This document shows positions 50,518 to 62,425 of a stretch of DNA of 64,000 bases, one piece after another (position 1 is the first letter of the stretch; the number at the start of each line of letters is the position of its first letter). The position numbers and the translations under genes were made by a program. Source of the DNA: Penicillus capitatus (taxonomy: Eukaryota > Plantae > Chlorophyta); contig OZ287708.1 of the NCBI GenBank assembly GCA_965649825.1, positions 89,101 through 153,100 on the forward strand, written 5' to 3'. The notes beneath the pieces were generated by a model. That model ran no database searches. It was not told where the DNA came from and worked only from the letters and a program-made list of their open reading frames with translations.

Positions 50518-53500
50518 AATCTTCTTGATTTGGTTATCTTCGTGCATTGAGATCGCTGCTTTATTTCTTAGACAGGTTGCCTTCTCCTCTTGTACAGAAT
50601 GCACTGAAGTGTGGAAAGTGGTTTCTTGCAGACGAAGCGGTAGATATGTTATGCTCGAAAATAAACACGACAAAGCCCATTTGCGTCTTCTTTAGAGAGT
50701 TGTTTGTTTTCAAGATCCATTGAGTTTTTTTACATCATGTCTCGCTTATTGTACTGCAGGATATACCCAGAAGTGAAACACCTTTCGCCCGATTTAAGGC
50801 ATTAGCATTTTCAATCTTCTCTCCATTATGTGCAGAGAAGAGTAGTCAATGTAACCATTCCATTCAGTCCCCTCTGTATCGATGACCTTTCCGGGATTGC
50901 ATGAACTGTCGACTGTACAGACTAGCACAATCATTTATTTGAACGTTGAAAGTATCACTGATAATGAAACTCAGTGAAAGGATTTCAATCGATTAGACAA
51001 ATAAACGATTTTTGTGCTAATCATTATGATTCCTGTTTGCGCAATGAACGAGAACAGTTTGTGTCAGATCACTGGAAAATGCGCCAAATTGCAGATCGCT
51101 ACATTGTTAGGCTATTTGTGTTAAACGCTTATCAGTAGCACCATTGTATACTCGGTTGAGACGCTTCTTTTTTGCGCGCTGGGCGTGAGAGATGTAAAGA
51201 AAAATAAGTGAAGGACGTAAATGACGCAAAAGATGGGTTCAGATCCGAATGGACGGCGTTGTTGTTCAGGATTTTTTTGGTTTGGACTCACGTCTCCTGT
51301 CTGGGAACGACGCCCGTGGCAATGACGAGAAACATGCCAGCTGTTTTGCTCAGAAGTGGATCTCAGATTTTACACATGCTGTTTTGTGCGATTTAAATGC
51401 ACTCCACGCGTTCACGAAGCGTCGAGTTCCGCTGCGGCCTGAGTGAGCATTTTGGTAATCGGGTTAGGTAAGGCACCAACACAACTCAGCGTCGAAGGCG
51501 ACGCGATCAATAGCAGAAGAACATCTTCAACTCGGATGCAACTCAAAGACACGAGATAGTTACAAGAAGAATACCGTCCTTCAATATTCAGAATGGTTCA
51601 GGAATCGTGACTTTAAACACTTAGAGTCAAGAAACTTCACGAATTCATACGCGACTGCCCAATAGTTATAAGGGACTTGGGAGAAAGCTATCCATCAGCC
51701 GCTTTCAATGGTTTAGAGGAGCCTTAACTGTTAAAAATCCGTAACAATCGCTATATTTCGCAGTTGCGTCAGGTATACTAACCTCCTACAACACCTATCT
51801 GCCAGTTTTGATGGTTCACTTCATGTCTCGCAGAGGTAGACTTCGAAGAAGTAGAAATGCATTATCTGGTCTGCGAACTGGATGACGAATCAGACTGATA
51901 TGGTTGTCACTAGGACGTTCTAAAACATTCAGACGGAGGAGATCTAGCAAGTTTGATGGTACATAACCGTATTGCTATATGAACATTCGCTGTTTCGTTT
52001 CTTGTTGTTTCCGAGAAGCATGATAATAATAATAATAAAGTTGGTGCTTCTTACATCCCCTTTTCAAGTTAAACATCAGAGGAGCGAGAAGCATGATGAT
52101 TGAATCACAATCTGAGGGTCACGTAGCCGCGTGGTAGACGACAATGGACACATTTAGTTCTTAAAATCCTTTCTCTAAGCGGTCTGTAATGTGTCACGCG
52201 TTGTCTTCTAACTTCGATTTAGCAAGGGTAGTTTTTCCTATACAAGCGTTTTAAAGCGAGAAGAAACTGGATTTTAACAAAAGGAACAGAAAAACGTTAA
52301 AAAGGACGGGAAAAGACTCACTCTTGGTACCTTAAGAGTAGGGCTTTTTGCGAAGCTAGAACCATGGACGAAATGCAGCAGAAAATGTGGGTCACAATTC
52401 GTAAATCGGTTTCCATTACGCGCTCTCACCATTAAGGTCGATGGTTCTTTTCGCTTGTATCAGGAAGAATACAACAGAATCAATTGTAAAGCAATACAAA
52501 TTGCATTCATCTGTTTTGTGTCACCCATTTTTATGTGTAACGGCACAGAAAAGATAAGAGGTGTGTCGGACTAGAAAGGCGGTTGGTTATAAAGCTGCCA
52601 AAGCAGAGGACGATGAAAAAGCTGACGAAGTTTAGAATCGGGCGTGTTGTACGACGTGGATGAGCAATGATCTCTTAATCACCGAATATAATTTATGCCG
52701 ACGTGTGCGTCTCGGAGAGGGCTGGCACGGATCTATGCTTTGCCTTTCACGTGTCTCGAAAGCGAGCTATATGTTGGCTTTTATTACGGGTTCTAATTTT
52801 GATGTTTGATATGACTACTGCAGCAAAAAGAACGGACAACATAGAGACAGGAAACGTAAAGTTTAGAGCATGTTTTCGATTTTAGGAGGCGTCCTGGTTG
52901 CACGCTATGGTCATCGATCTCCGTCACCGAACTTTGTCGACGACTACCCGTGTAACTCTAGAGCGTTTTTAACGACCTCGACCTTTAATTCAAATTGTCA
53001 AGTCCTACTCGATCGGCTAACGTCGCACCCAAGAAGAATTCATTGAGCCTGAAAGCTTCATTGTTCGCGAACAAGCGTTTCTTTAACGCAGATTGTAAGA
53101 AAGAAATCGCATCGGAGAAGCACCGTTATTTGGCCTTGACATCCGTTGGCGAAATTCTCCGTTGCATACAATTAAGAGACCGCACTGCACTGTGTGTTTG
53201 TGACGAATCGTTTTAACGTTTTCGTTGTTACACCGTTTCGTAGCGTAGACTCGTTATCGACCACTTCATGAGTTCATCGTTTATTTTCAACTAAGCGTTG
53301 AATTTAGTAAGAGGTGAAGGCAAGATGTGTTTTCCAAAGTGTAAAGGTGTGGTCACCTATGGTCATTTAGATTTGATTCTATTACTTTTCACAATTCGAC
53401 GATGGTGTAGAGATGTATTGATATTTGATGACTGATTGCTAACTAGGTATCGAGGTTTCCGGCGAACTTACAACAATTGCTATTTCTCGATTAAGAAAGT

Positions 53501-54790
53501 ACTGTGCAGTACTTGAGAATGAAGATTCGAAAAAACTCGGCTACTTCAACGCGTTGCAAACGCCTCAGTTAAACGCGACGTTAAAACAGCGACAATAGGA
53601 ACAGGCAAGAAATAGTGTGATTGATATTGTGTTACCATACAAAAACGTAAACCGCGAGTCAAAAAGGGAGTACCTCTGTCCAAAGCGGTAAAGACGAATC
53701 TCGATTCATATGATTGACATCTGCAATTAACATCTGCCTGCGTTCATAGCTCAATTCAGAACTTAGTGTACACACAAACCTATCCTCAAAACGTTTATCC
53801 GAGTCGCAAAAAAACAATCTGCCGTTCACTCGAGGACCCATCTTCGAAAGTAGTTTGAATAGCTACAGCCAACTGCATTACTCATTGGGGAACCAGTTTC
53901 TAAAACGCTAGCGTGAAACCCTAGCCATTGATGAAAGGTAAGCCCATCACTAAGCGCCAAGACGCTTGTCATGTTTATCTTCCGAAGATTCTCGTCAAGA
54001 CTCTCGATCTTTGGCGTTCTCTACTCTTTTGCAAACCAAAACGTTAAGAAGAACTTAAAAGCTTCGGGGATGATCATAGAGCATATCAAACCGCGACTCT
54101 ATGTAAATCATCATGGTGGGGTGCAGAATAAGAACGGCCGTGAGACAAAGCATTAGATAATTCGACCGAAGAAATCGGGTCGGGATCAAAGTAGCCGGAT
54201 GCAGTGAGGCGCCATTGTTGACGGACAAAGGAAGTAAAGCGAACGGCGTCAGGTAAAACAGGAGGCAGAGGTGGGAAACGATAAGGTGCGACGGAGGTGA
54301 AGACGATGGCGAGTTCGGTCGGCAATGGATTCAGATGCATCGGATGAATGGCCCGACGTTCGAGGAGAATTGAGCATCGATTGCCCAGCCAGTCGCATAA
54401 CCGTGGACTACGTCCAGAAAAAAACACTTCAAGAGGCAACCAAAGCATCCCGGAGCATGTTTTCGACCATGAAAACCAATTCGACAGTCACATCATTTTT
54501 GTGTAGAAGAATGTCCGCTGTGGCATCTTTTCTATACTGTAACTCTTGTTGATTGTTTTAAGCGTCGACGATAGCGCCGAGGTGATTAAAACCAGCTCTC
54601 ATTAAACACCATGTTTAGCGTTTATCGTTGGTTCTTTTCGCGATAGAGTGAGAACGGGTGATCTTTTCGTCGGTCAAATCACTTGCACTGGCAAAACATG
54701 GCATACGTGCATTGTTCACACATTTACGTCAGTATGATTCGTGAGGTGAAACGAAGGTTCAAAACACAGTTTGTATCGCACGGTGTTGAT

Positions 54791-57312
54791 TCACTTTTCA
54801 CTTGCTTGCACAGAACACTCGCTGAGTGGTATTTTGGAGCAACAGGCGAGTTCATTATAGTCATAGTCGAAAATGTGTCTCTTGTTGCAGAATATCTTAG
54901 TTTCTGGCAGCGACGTGAAGCCATCAGACGGTATGTTCGTCAGAAGACAGTCCTCCGCATCACAGGTACGTATCGTGTCCACGAAGTCATCTTCTGTAAC
55001 GGACACCACTCTCTGGAGCAAAACAAACCGTCATCGCCATACCAACCAGAGTGCAGAGCACGACGTTGGATCGGCAAACTTTTGGCCTCTGTCCTGCGTC
55101 GAACCGACAGACAACTGCCTTTCTTTGAAGCTGTTGTACACACTGAAAGTTGTTATCGTAGTCTCGAGGGTCCATGTAGAATCCGGGAGGGAGGGGATAA
55201 TCGCAGGAGCGCTCGATGCTCCTCCTCTCTTCTGGATCAAGTCGTTCGCCGTCTGGCCACTTCCAGTCGATCTCGCCATCGTGAGTGATGTTGATCCACG
55301 CGCCGTCCGGCGGCATCAAGGTAGCCAGAAAACGCCTCTCCTCAACATCCCGCGGTGCGATCATCTGCCCACTTAGACTTAGGCAGTACTCTTCGGCTTC
55401 TTCCAACTTCATCGCTCTTTTATCTTCGACGTAGTAGATGTGCTTCTTAAACTCGAAGCATTTTTCGTTTCCTGATTTTTCCAGAGGATAGACGCATTGC
55501 CCTTCCTTCTCCCTCAGGACTTGCATATGACAACGAGTGACTCGTATGGATTTGCACTCTGTGACATGTTCATTCCAGTTAGATACATCATTCTCGAAGT
55601 TAAGTGAATCTGCTACAATTCCGTTGGCTCGATAGTCGGATTGTCGCATATCGGCTCCGATGACCCCATAATGAATTGGCGGGCAGTCAAAATGCGACTT
55701 ATAGAAGACTGGCATCGTGAGCGTGTTCATTTCACTCAATCCGGAGTCGTCGTCATACATGTCACTTACAGAAATCTTTCCTCCCCCAGTTGCCTCGGCA
55801 ACCGCCAACGCTGCTCTTCGAAAGTACCCACGCATCAGATGGAGAGGGTCCAGGATACCTGAAGATACAACTCATGGCAAGAGTATTCTGACGTGAGTCT
55901 GGATGCCACCTTTTCCGAGCTCACGCTCCAGATCGACGTGGATTCCATCCAGCCGGCAAGCTAACTGGCTCAGCATGCCGTTTGCCTTTGGGGACAGGGT
56001 ATAGGAGAAGAGTATTGGCTTCTTTCTGAGCGAATCCTTGTTCCGCCTCTTTATGATATCTTCCACGACGCCGATTGTCGCTTCGACCGGTCGAGAGACA
56101 GATTCTCCATCCTCGTTCACAAACATCTTGGACGCGCAGTCTCGTTTGATGGAATGGCTGCAGTCCCTTCTGTGTGAAAACAGCAGAATGTGCTAGACAG
56201 CAACAGTCATCTCGAGAAAGAGAGAAGGCAGTGGGATACGTTCTCGCATTTTGTGTTTCGCGGGTCCTTGTTGGCATGCAGCAGATCCATGGCTCGATCG
56301 ATCGCTTTGCCGATATCCACAACAGAGTCTTCCTCATCGGGTTCCCACCTGCTCAACCGGTTTGTCAACCACTTGACTGTCCGCTCCGTGGCGGGCATTG
56401 TCTGGTTCTGACGCATCAGCACTTCGGGTTCACTCTTTAAACCCACAATCTGAACTGCGTCGTCCTTCGACAGTGTCTGTAAGAAGCGCGTAACGATGTT
56501 CAGAGTCATGTTCCACTTCTCAGTTCCTCGGATCTTGTCCTTCATGGATGTCGTGAGATCGACGAGAATCACAATATTCCTCGGATGCCAGGCTGCTCGT
56601 CTCCACCAAGGGCGAACTCTCTAGACGTGTATCTCTTTGACAGTGAATTTTGGACAGCGTAAATACCGGATCATATTCGCGACACTCTCCTGGTCTTTGT
56701 TGCTCTCGAGGCTTTCCTGGCCACATTCTGCAAGCACGTGTTTGTGTTTTAGTACACATGATGCATATTACATTAAGACTCCAGTCTCGGATGCACCGAA
56801 ATAGGTCCAAGGAACAAATCCACTTGTGTAATTCCGTGCTTCCATAAATGATTCTTCCAGTCCCTGTGAAACGATCTAGTAAACGAAGACCCTGATCAAA
56901 CAAACCTGTGTCAGACAAACGTCTCTCTTGATCTCGTCGACATAGCTCCCTGCTGCAGTAAAGGGCGGAGTGAGGACATATGCACGTTGCGTGCTGAGCT
57001 GCTCATCGTTTCTTCATTAATTTACGAATGAAAGCAATCGATACAGACTTGCATGTGACCGCAGTGCGGAACGCCACAGTCGAGTTTTCCGACGTGGCCT
57101 GACTTGAGGCATTCCGTTAGAGAATTCGGCGGTCGCTCTCCGCAAGCATGGTAGCTGCATTCACAAGTTCTCTTCTGGGTCGTATTGAGTCGCGACGTAA
57201 GTTCGTTCGCCAAGCTCTTCATCCGGTTACTCCAGTCTTCAAAAAACTCTTCCGTATCTGTTCTTGCGCGACACGCGCTGAAAAGAACCAGTAGAAAGAA
57301 AAAAAATCGCAT
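54791..57312 (-). CDS. Kinase-less, TM-less paralog of the receptor ectodomain (signal peptide - dCache/vWA - CTLD); secreted protein or truncated copy
   Basis: Signal MRFFFFLLVLFSACRA. Same exon structure and motifs (YDP|RVRPWW, DLTTSM, MYDDDSG, GADM, CTLD). The frame ends ...CCSKIPLSECSVQASEK* and no TM or kinase sequence is visible downstream. Confidence 0.8.
54884..56626 (-). repeat. Right arm of the ~1.7-kb inverted duplication (partner 47275-49010)
   Basis: Reverse complement matches 47275-49010 from GTCTAG|AGAGTTCGCC to ATTCTGCAAC. Confidence 0.95.
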
Positions 57313-57585
57313 CGCTGGAGACGCTGCGATTCTATGATCGTTGTTCGGCGATGCGTTGCTTAGTGTCAAGTACGCGAGATGAGGTGAATTTTAGACGTTT
57401 GCACAAAGAGAAAGGCAACTTGTGCGCGAGTTCGAAATGAAGGACGTGTGGTCAACAAACCCTTATGTCACCCAGCCGTTTCGTCCTCGGTTCCCAAAGC
57501 CTATCGCCCAGTCACTGTACATGCGACTACTAGCTTACTCAACATGACTCGGCAGGGTTATCGGACGCAGGCGAGCAGAGCGTCT

Positions 57586-59570
57586 TTACGCGTTTTCAGC
57601 GGACCAGTACTTAATGAGATGATCCGACCCCGACGTCAAAATTGCCGTGTTATCGGCTTTGCAGAGAATCGAAAGGGCACCGCCATTGTGCGCGACGAAT
57701 TCATGGAACATGTTGCCTGATAGAGGATCGCAACAGCGGACAAATCCGTCATCGTACGCCACTGAGAGCACCTAGATTCGGCGTCCAGTAAAAAATCCTG
57801 CATGTGTATTCGTTACCTTACCTTGTCGCTTTTGTCAAAGATGCATTGATTTGCAGGGCATCGGGAGAGCGTCATGGTTATGATCTCACGCATCGTCCGC
57901 ACATCCCAAACTCTGATATCTCCGTCCGTATCACACGATGCAATGAGGTGACCATCGTTTGCAAAGCAGCAGTGGTTGCAGGAGTTCGTATGTCCACAGA
58001 ACGTCGCAAGGCTTCTTCCCAAGCGAGCGTCCCATAGAGCCACTGTGCGATCGGAAGAGGCTGTGCAAAGCACGGAACACTTTGGCTTCCACGCCACTTG
58101 ATTCACAGAATCCAAGTGTCCCCTGCGTCGTGCCGATATACAAGGCCGAGACAATCCTTACGAACCTGAGGACAGATGTGCATTTCTCCGAGGGGAGATC
58201 CCAAAGACGTGTGATGTGATCAAGCGACGCCGTTGCCATCATTTGCCCAGTCTCGTGAAATTTAACTGCCCAAATAGCGTGATTTTCGATGAACGTTTTG
58301 ACGCATTTCTTCTCTTCGAAGTCCCACAGTTTCACGGTGCCGTCTCCAGATCCCGTGGCAAGGCCATTTCCTGAGACGAACGGTTATCCTTTGCTGCTTT
58401 AACATCGGCGAGACCTCGTGGATGAAAATCGATGCCAGAAATCCAGTCGGTGTGGCCTTCTCCAGTCATTATCAATTCGCCGTCGACGAACTGCCATAGC
58501 TTCCACGTTCGATCGTCGCTCGCCGAGGCCACAAGTGGTTTTGTTGGATGCAATGCAAGATTGCTCACAGAAAGCGTGTGTCCCTGCATTTCACAGCGGC
58601 CCCTCTACATCTCGAGAGAGAAAAACAGCAAACACACTTTGAGAATCGTGCTTGTGGTAAAATCTTGTACTTGGATTCTTTTCCACTGCACAGCGTCACT
58701 TTCTCGTGCCCGAGGTCGCCCCACCGTCGACTCTGTTTGTCGTTTTTCCCCTCGAGAAATGACGACCGTGTCATCCTTTTGCGAATCCTTTTCTGCCACA
58801 AGCGTCTCAACAGCTTCCAACTGAAAACGCAGTGAGCACAGTTATCAGCAGTGGTCCCCGCCAAACAAACCTTCTGTTGAATTTTCTCTTTCTCCAAACA
58901 AATAATGGCCCTTTCCTTCAGTTGCTGTTCGCACTTTCTCTGCAGATCACGTATTCGCGGTTCGTAAGCGTTGCATTGTTTCTTCAGTCGCTTGATCTCC
59001 TCAGTCAGAGTGTGCTTTTCCTGTGCGACGCGCTTGTAGTGCAGCCGGTGCGCATCGCGTTCTTTCTGAAGTCTGAGAGCGTTGCTCTTTGCAGAATCGG
59101 CACGCAGATTCGCTGCGCGCAATTCCTCCTGCAGACGATCGATCTCCTCCTCTAAAGACTACACTCGCGTCATGGTGTTGTGACTTCCTAGACCTCGTCG
59201 AACGAGATTCAGCCGGTATTGGTCGGGAACGTTCCGGCGTTCCTCCGGCAGGCCGTTTCTATCGCTGAGATCCATCCACTCTGCCTCAAACGCATTGAGT
59301 GTCGCGAACATTCCATGTCGAACGCAGAAGTTTCGGATGAAGTCGTCCACGAGCTCGATGCCCCGACCGACATCTTCGACCTCCATGTTTGCGTTTTCTA
59401 CTGCCTCCAAGGAGACGTCGAGATTCTGGTCTCTATCGACGCGATCGAATCGATGGCGACGATGAGCGAAAGTCTTACTGCGATGTCGCTTCGCTGCTCT
59501 CAGGATCTGTGCGATCATCAGCATCCAACATCGCCGCCTCGTCCAGACAGACGGCATCCGTCTGGTCCAT
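57586..59570 (-). CDS. PF20: Flagellar central-pair WD40 protein PF20/SPAG16, multi-exon
   Basis: VDDFIRNFCVRHGMFATLNAFEAEW...NVPDQY, coiled coil LQKERDAHRLHYKRVAQEK, then WD40 repeats (GHTLSVS...WKLW, GHTDWIS, GHLDSVN, GHTNSCN). Confidence 0.93.
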
Positions 59571-59720
59571 ACCCTGCGCTGGCGTCTCGTTTGACGCTAA
59601 CGAAGGCGCATCTATCAAATCGTCTCATTACCATGTCCTGTCGTCTGCGTATGTGGAGCGACCACAGAGCACTCCCACAAATACACCACCAACTCAGAAA
59701 GAAATAGAATCTGTCTCCAG

Positions 59721-60558
59721 TCATCGTGCATGCATCTCGTTGATGAGGGTCTGCAACACGTCTTCGATGCGCTCTCTATGCAGGGACGGATCAAGAAGCC
59801 ATGCACGCAACAAGACCTAGTGCCATCCATGAGATCCATTCCGTTATGGTAACCACACTTCGAGAGTATCGCTTTGTTGAGAAATTTCCGTTTTCGCGGG
59901 TTCCCTTATCTGTTCCAACAGTGCATTGTGAATCTTCATTTTCGTCTCTGTCTCTTTCTTGTACATCTCGCACACCTCCTTGATCCAGTCATCTGCGAAA
60001 AAACATCGTAGAACTGGGACATTCAACAACGGTGATAAAACGTATGAGTTTAAGATCAAGCTTCTCGAAGACAACATGATGCCAATAGTTATCCGTTGTA
60101 TTTTCCGAACCTGCCTGCAAAACACGCAACGCGGTCCTGCATCGAAAACCATATTGGCAGCCTGATGATGCATTTTATGGATCTCACTGGATCATCTCTG
60201 CTGCACGTTGCAGTTTCTCAATCTCAACGTCCAAATCTCGCAAATTGTATCGAATCGTCTCTCTATATTTCTTTTGACAAGCCGCTGGCAGATCTGGAAT
60301 CGTTGCAAGAATACCGAGATCGAGATCGGGAAACATTCTGCCATTCAGTCGATTTCAGAATGCCATAGATAACTGCCATGCTGCAAGAAAGCTCACAAAG
60401 ACGACAAATATGTATTTGTGGCATCACTGGCGCAATCAAACCATGCAGCATGTGCTTCCTACAATCATTGCGTCATGGACTGTCCAACGCCGAAGGAGCA
60501 GGACAACCTCCCATTTCAGTTTCCCTTCTCTGAAGGCATTAATCGCTTCGCGTACCAT
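59721..60558 (-). CDS. Small helical protein resembling the C1orf109/CINP (AFG2/SPATA5 cofactor) families
   Basis: Spliced segments MVREAINAFREGKLKWE-EAHAAWFDC, LGILATIPDLPAACQKKY, WIKEVCEMYKKETETKMKI, LLRAWLLDPSLHRERIEDVL. The resemblance is judged from memory only. Confidence 0.4.
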
Positions 60559-60762
60559 TCTCTACATCGATCCTTTCTCTAGTGGCTCGCATCTCCTCTG
60601 TATACAGGGATGACCTGTGTCTTTCTCTGCCACTGTCTGAACTCCGTTACCGACATGTGGACGAATGGGATATCATGGACCAAATGAGATTATGTGAGTC
60701 GTGCTGTTCTTTGATGTCGTATAGATTCTTCCATTTGTACTTTGTCTTCTCGTGTCGATATC

Positions 60763-62425
60763 ATGAACGAGGAAGTGGCCGATCTGTGCATGGCGGACAC
60801 CGATTCGTCATCGAATAGTCCGTGCACTCCGCCAGCGGACGATGTCGACAGTCCGTTTATGCAACATCACGAGAGCAAGTACTTCAACGACCCGGTCCAC
60901 GGAGGGTTTCACCTTGGAGCTGCCGCTTGTGCTTTTGTGGATACCAAGCCATTCCAGAGATTGCGTCATTTGAAGCAACTCGGCTTTTCTTACTATGTCT
61001 ACCCCGGTGCCTCACATAATCGATTTGAGCACTGCTTGGGTGTTGGACATCTTGCTGGAAAATGGGCCAGATCACTCATGCAGTGTCATCGATTACCTCA
61101 CGAGGAAATGGATCGCTGTGCCACTCTTGTAGAAATTGCCGGTCTGTGTCACGATCTGGGACATGGACCTTTCTCGCATGCTTGGGAACAGTCCATTCTC
61201 CCGAGCCTTGGCGTTCGCAACTGGTCTGCATTCGTTTTTCCTTATGATTTGTCCACCGGATGATTGTCAGGTGCCACGAGAAAATGAGTTCGACGCTGGT
61301 GGAGTACATCTTTGACCGACACGACATTGAAGATCGTTTCGATCTGAATCGCCACGATATGGACACGATACAGAATCTCATCGCTGGAGAGAAGCCCACA
61401 CATGCGGAATACTACAGCGGACTGCCCGTTTATCTGTTTGATATTGTGAATAACCGTTGCAGTGGCATCGATGTGGATAAGATGGACTACCTGCAAAGGG
61501 ATGCGCTTCACAGCCACGTCACCGTTTCTGCACCCTACGGCCGATTCCTCGACTTTGCAAAGGTAGCTGCCTGACAGGCCCTTCATCAGGGACCGATGCA
61601 GCCGTGGTCCGATCGTAGACGGATGATCGAAGTATCCTCTTCCGGATGCGTGAGCTCGGCAATTTTGTTGAGATGTTCAAAGATCGAATGAAAATGCATC
61701 GCGTCGTTTACAAGCACAAGTCCGATCTTTTGTGGCGATGGTGTAGTCTATGACATTGCTTTTAGGATAACTGTTGCCATTGGATTGATGGTGGCCGATG
61801 CTTTGCATCACGTGGGACATGAACTGCAGCTGCCGGCTCGAAGTCACAATCCCGATGCGTTCCTCAAACTCAAAGATTCGTTGCTGGAATACGTCTACGA
61901 ACACTATCAGTCGAACTCGCCCGGAGCTCAAAGAGCAAAGGAGCTATGCAGAAGGATTGAGTCGAGACAACTGTACACACTCTGTGGAGAAATGGCCATT
62001 CCCGAGAACCACATTCCTTGGTTCCTGACAAACAAAGTGACTGCCAGTGATATCACCACTCGACAGAAAACCGATGGCCAGGTGAGACCCTGATAGACGA
62101 CAGAGATGTCTGCCATGCCTAACAGGTCGATCTGAGGCCAGAAGACATTCACATATCCTACAACTATGCAGACTGTGGAATGAAGGACAAGAATCCGATT
62201 CGCAGAGTCAAGTGCTATCAAGAGCGTTTCGAGGAGATCGGCATCATGGCAGAAGAAATCGAACCCATTCAACGACTATCCATCCGAGTCTACTGCAAGA
62301 ACAGGGAACATGAGGGCGCTGTGAGAGCTGCTTTCGGGTCATTCAAGAAATCATTTGCGCCCGAGCTGTCCACTCCTGACCGCAATGAGAGGAGGTCCTT
62401 GGACGCGCAGTACTTGTCTGAATGA
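60763..62425 (+). CDS. HD-domain dNTP triphosphohydrolase, SAMHD1/VENOSA4-like, multi-exon
   Basis: FNDPVHG, FQRLRHLKQLG, YPGASHNRFEHCLGV, HDLGHGPFSH, IDVDKMDYLQRD, RRIESRQLY. No SAM domain. Confidence 0.92.

Noticed and set aside
54086-54552. Short ORFs on both strands just beyond the truncated paralog, possibly its missing TM/kinase exons
   Set aside because: No hydrophobic TM run and no kinase motifs, and no similarity to 49143-50517.
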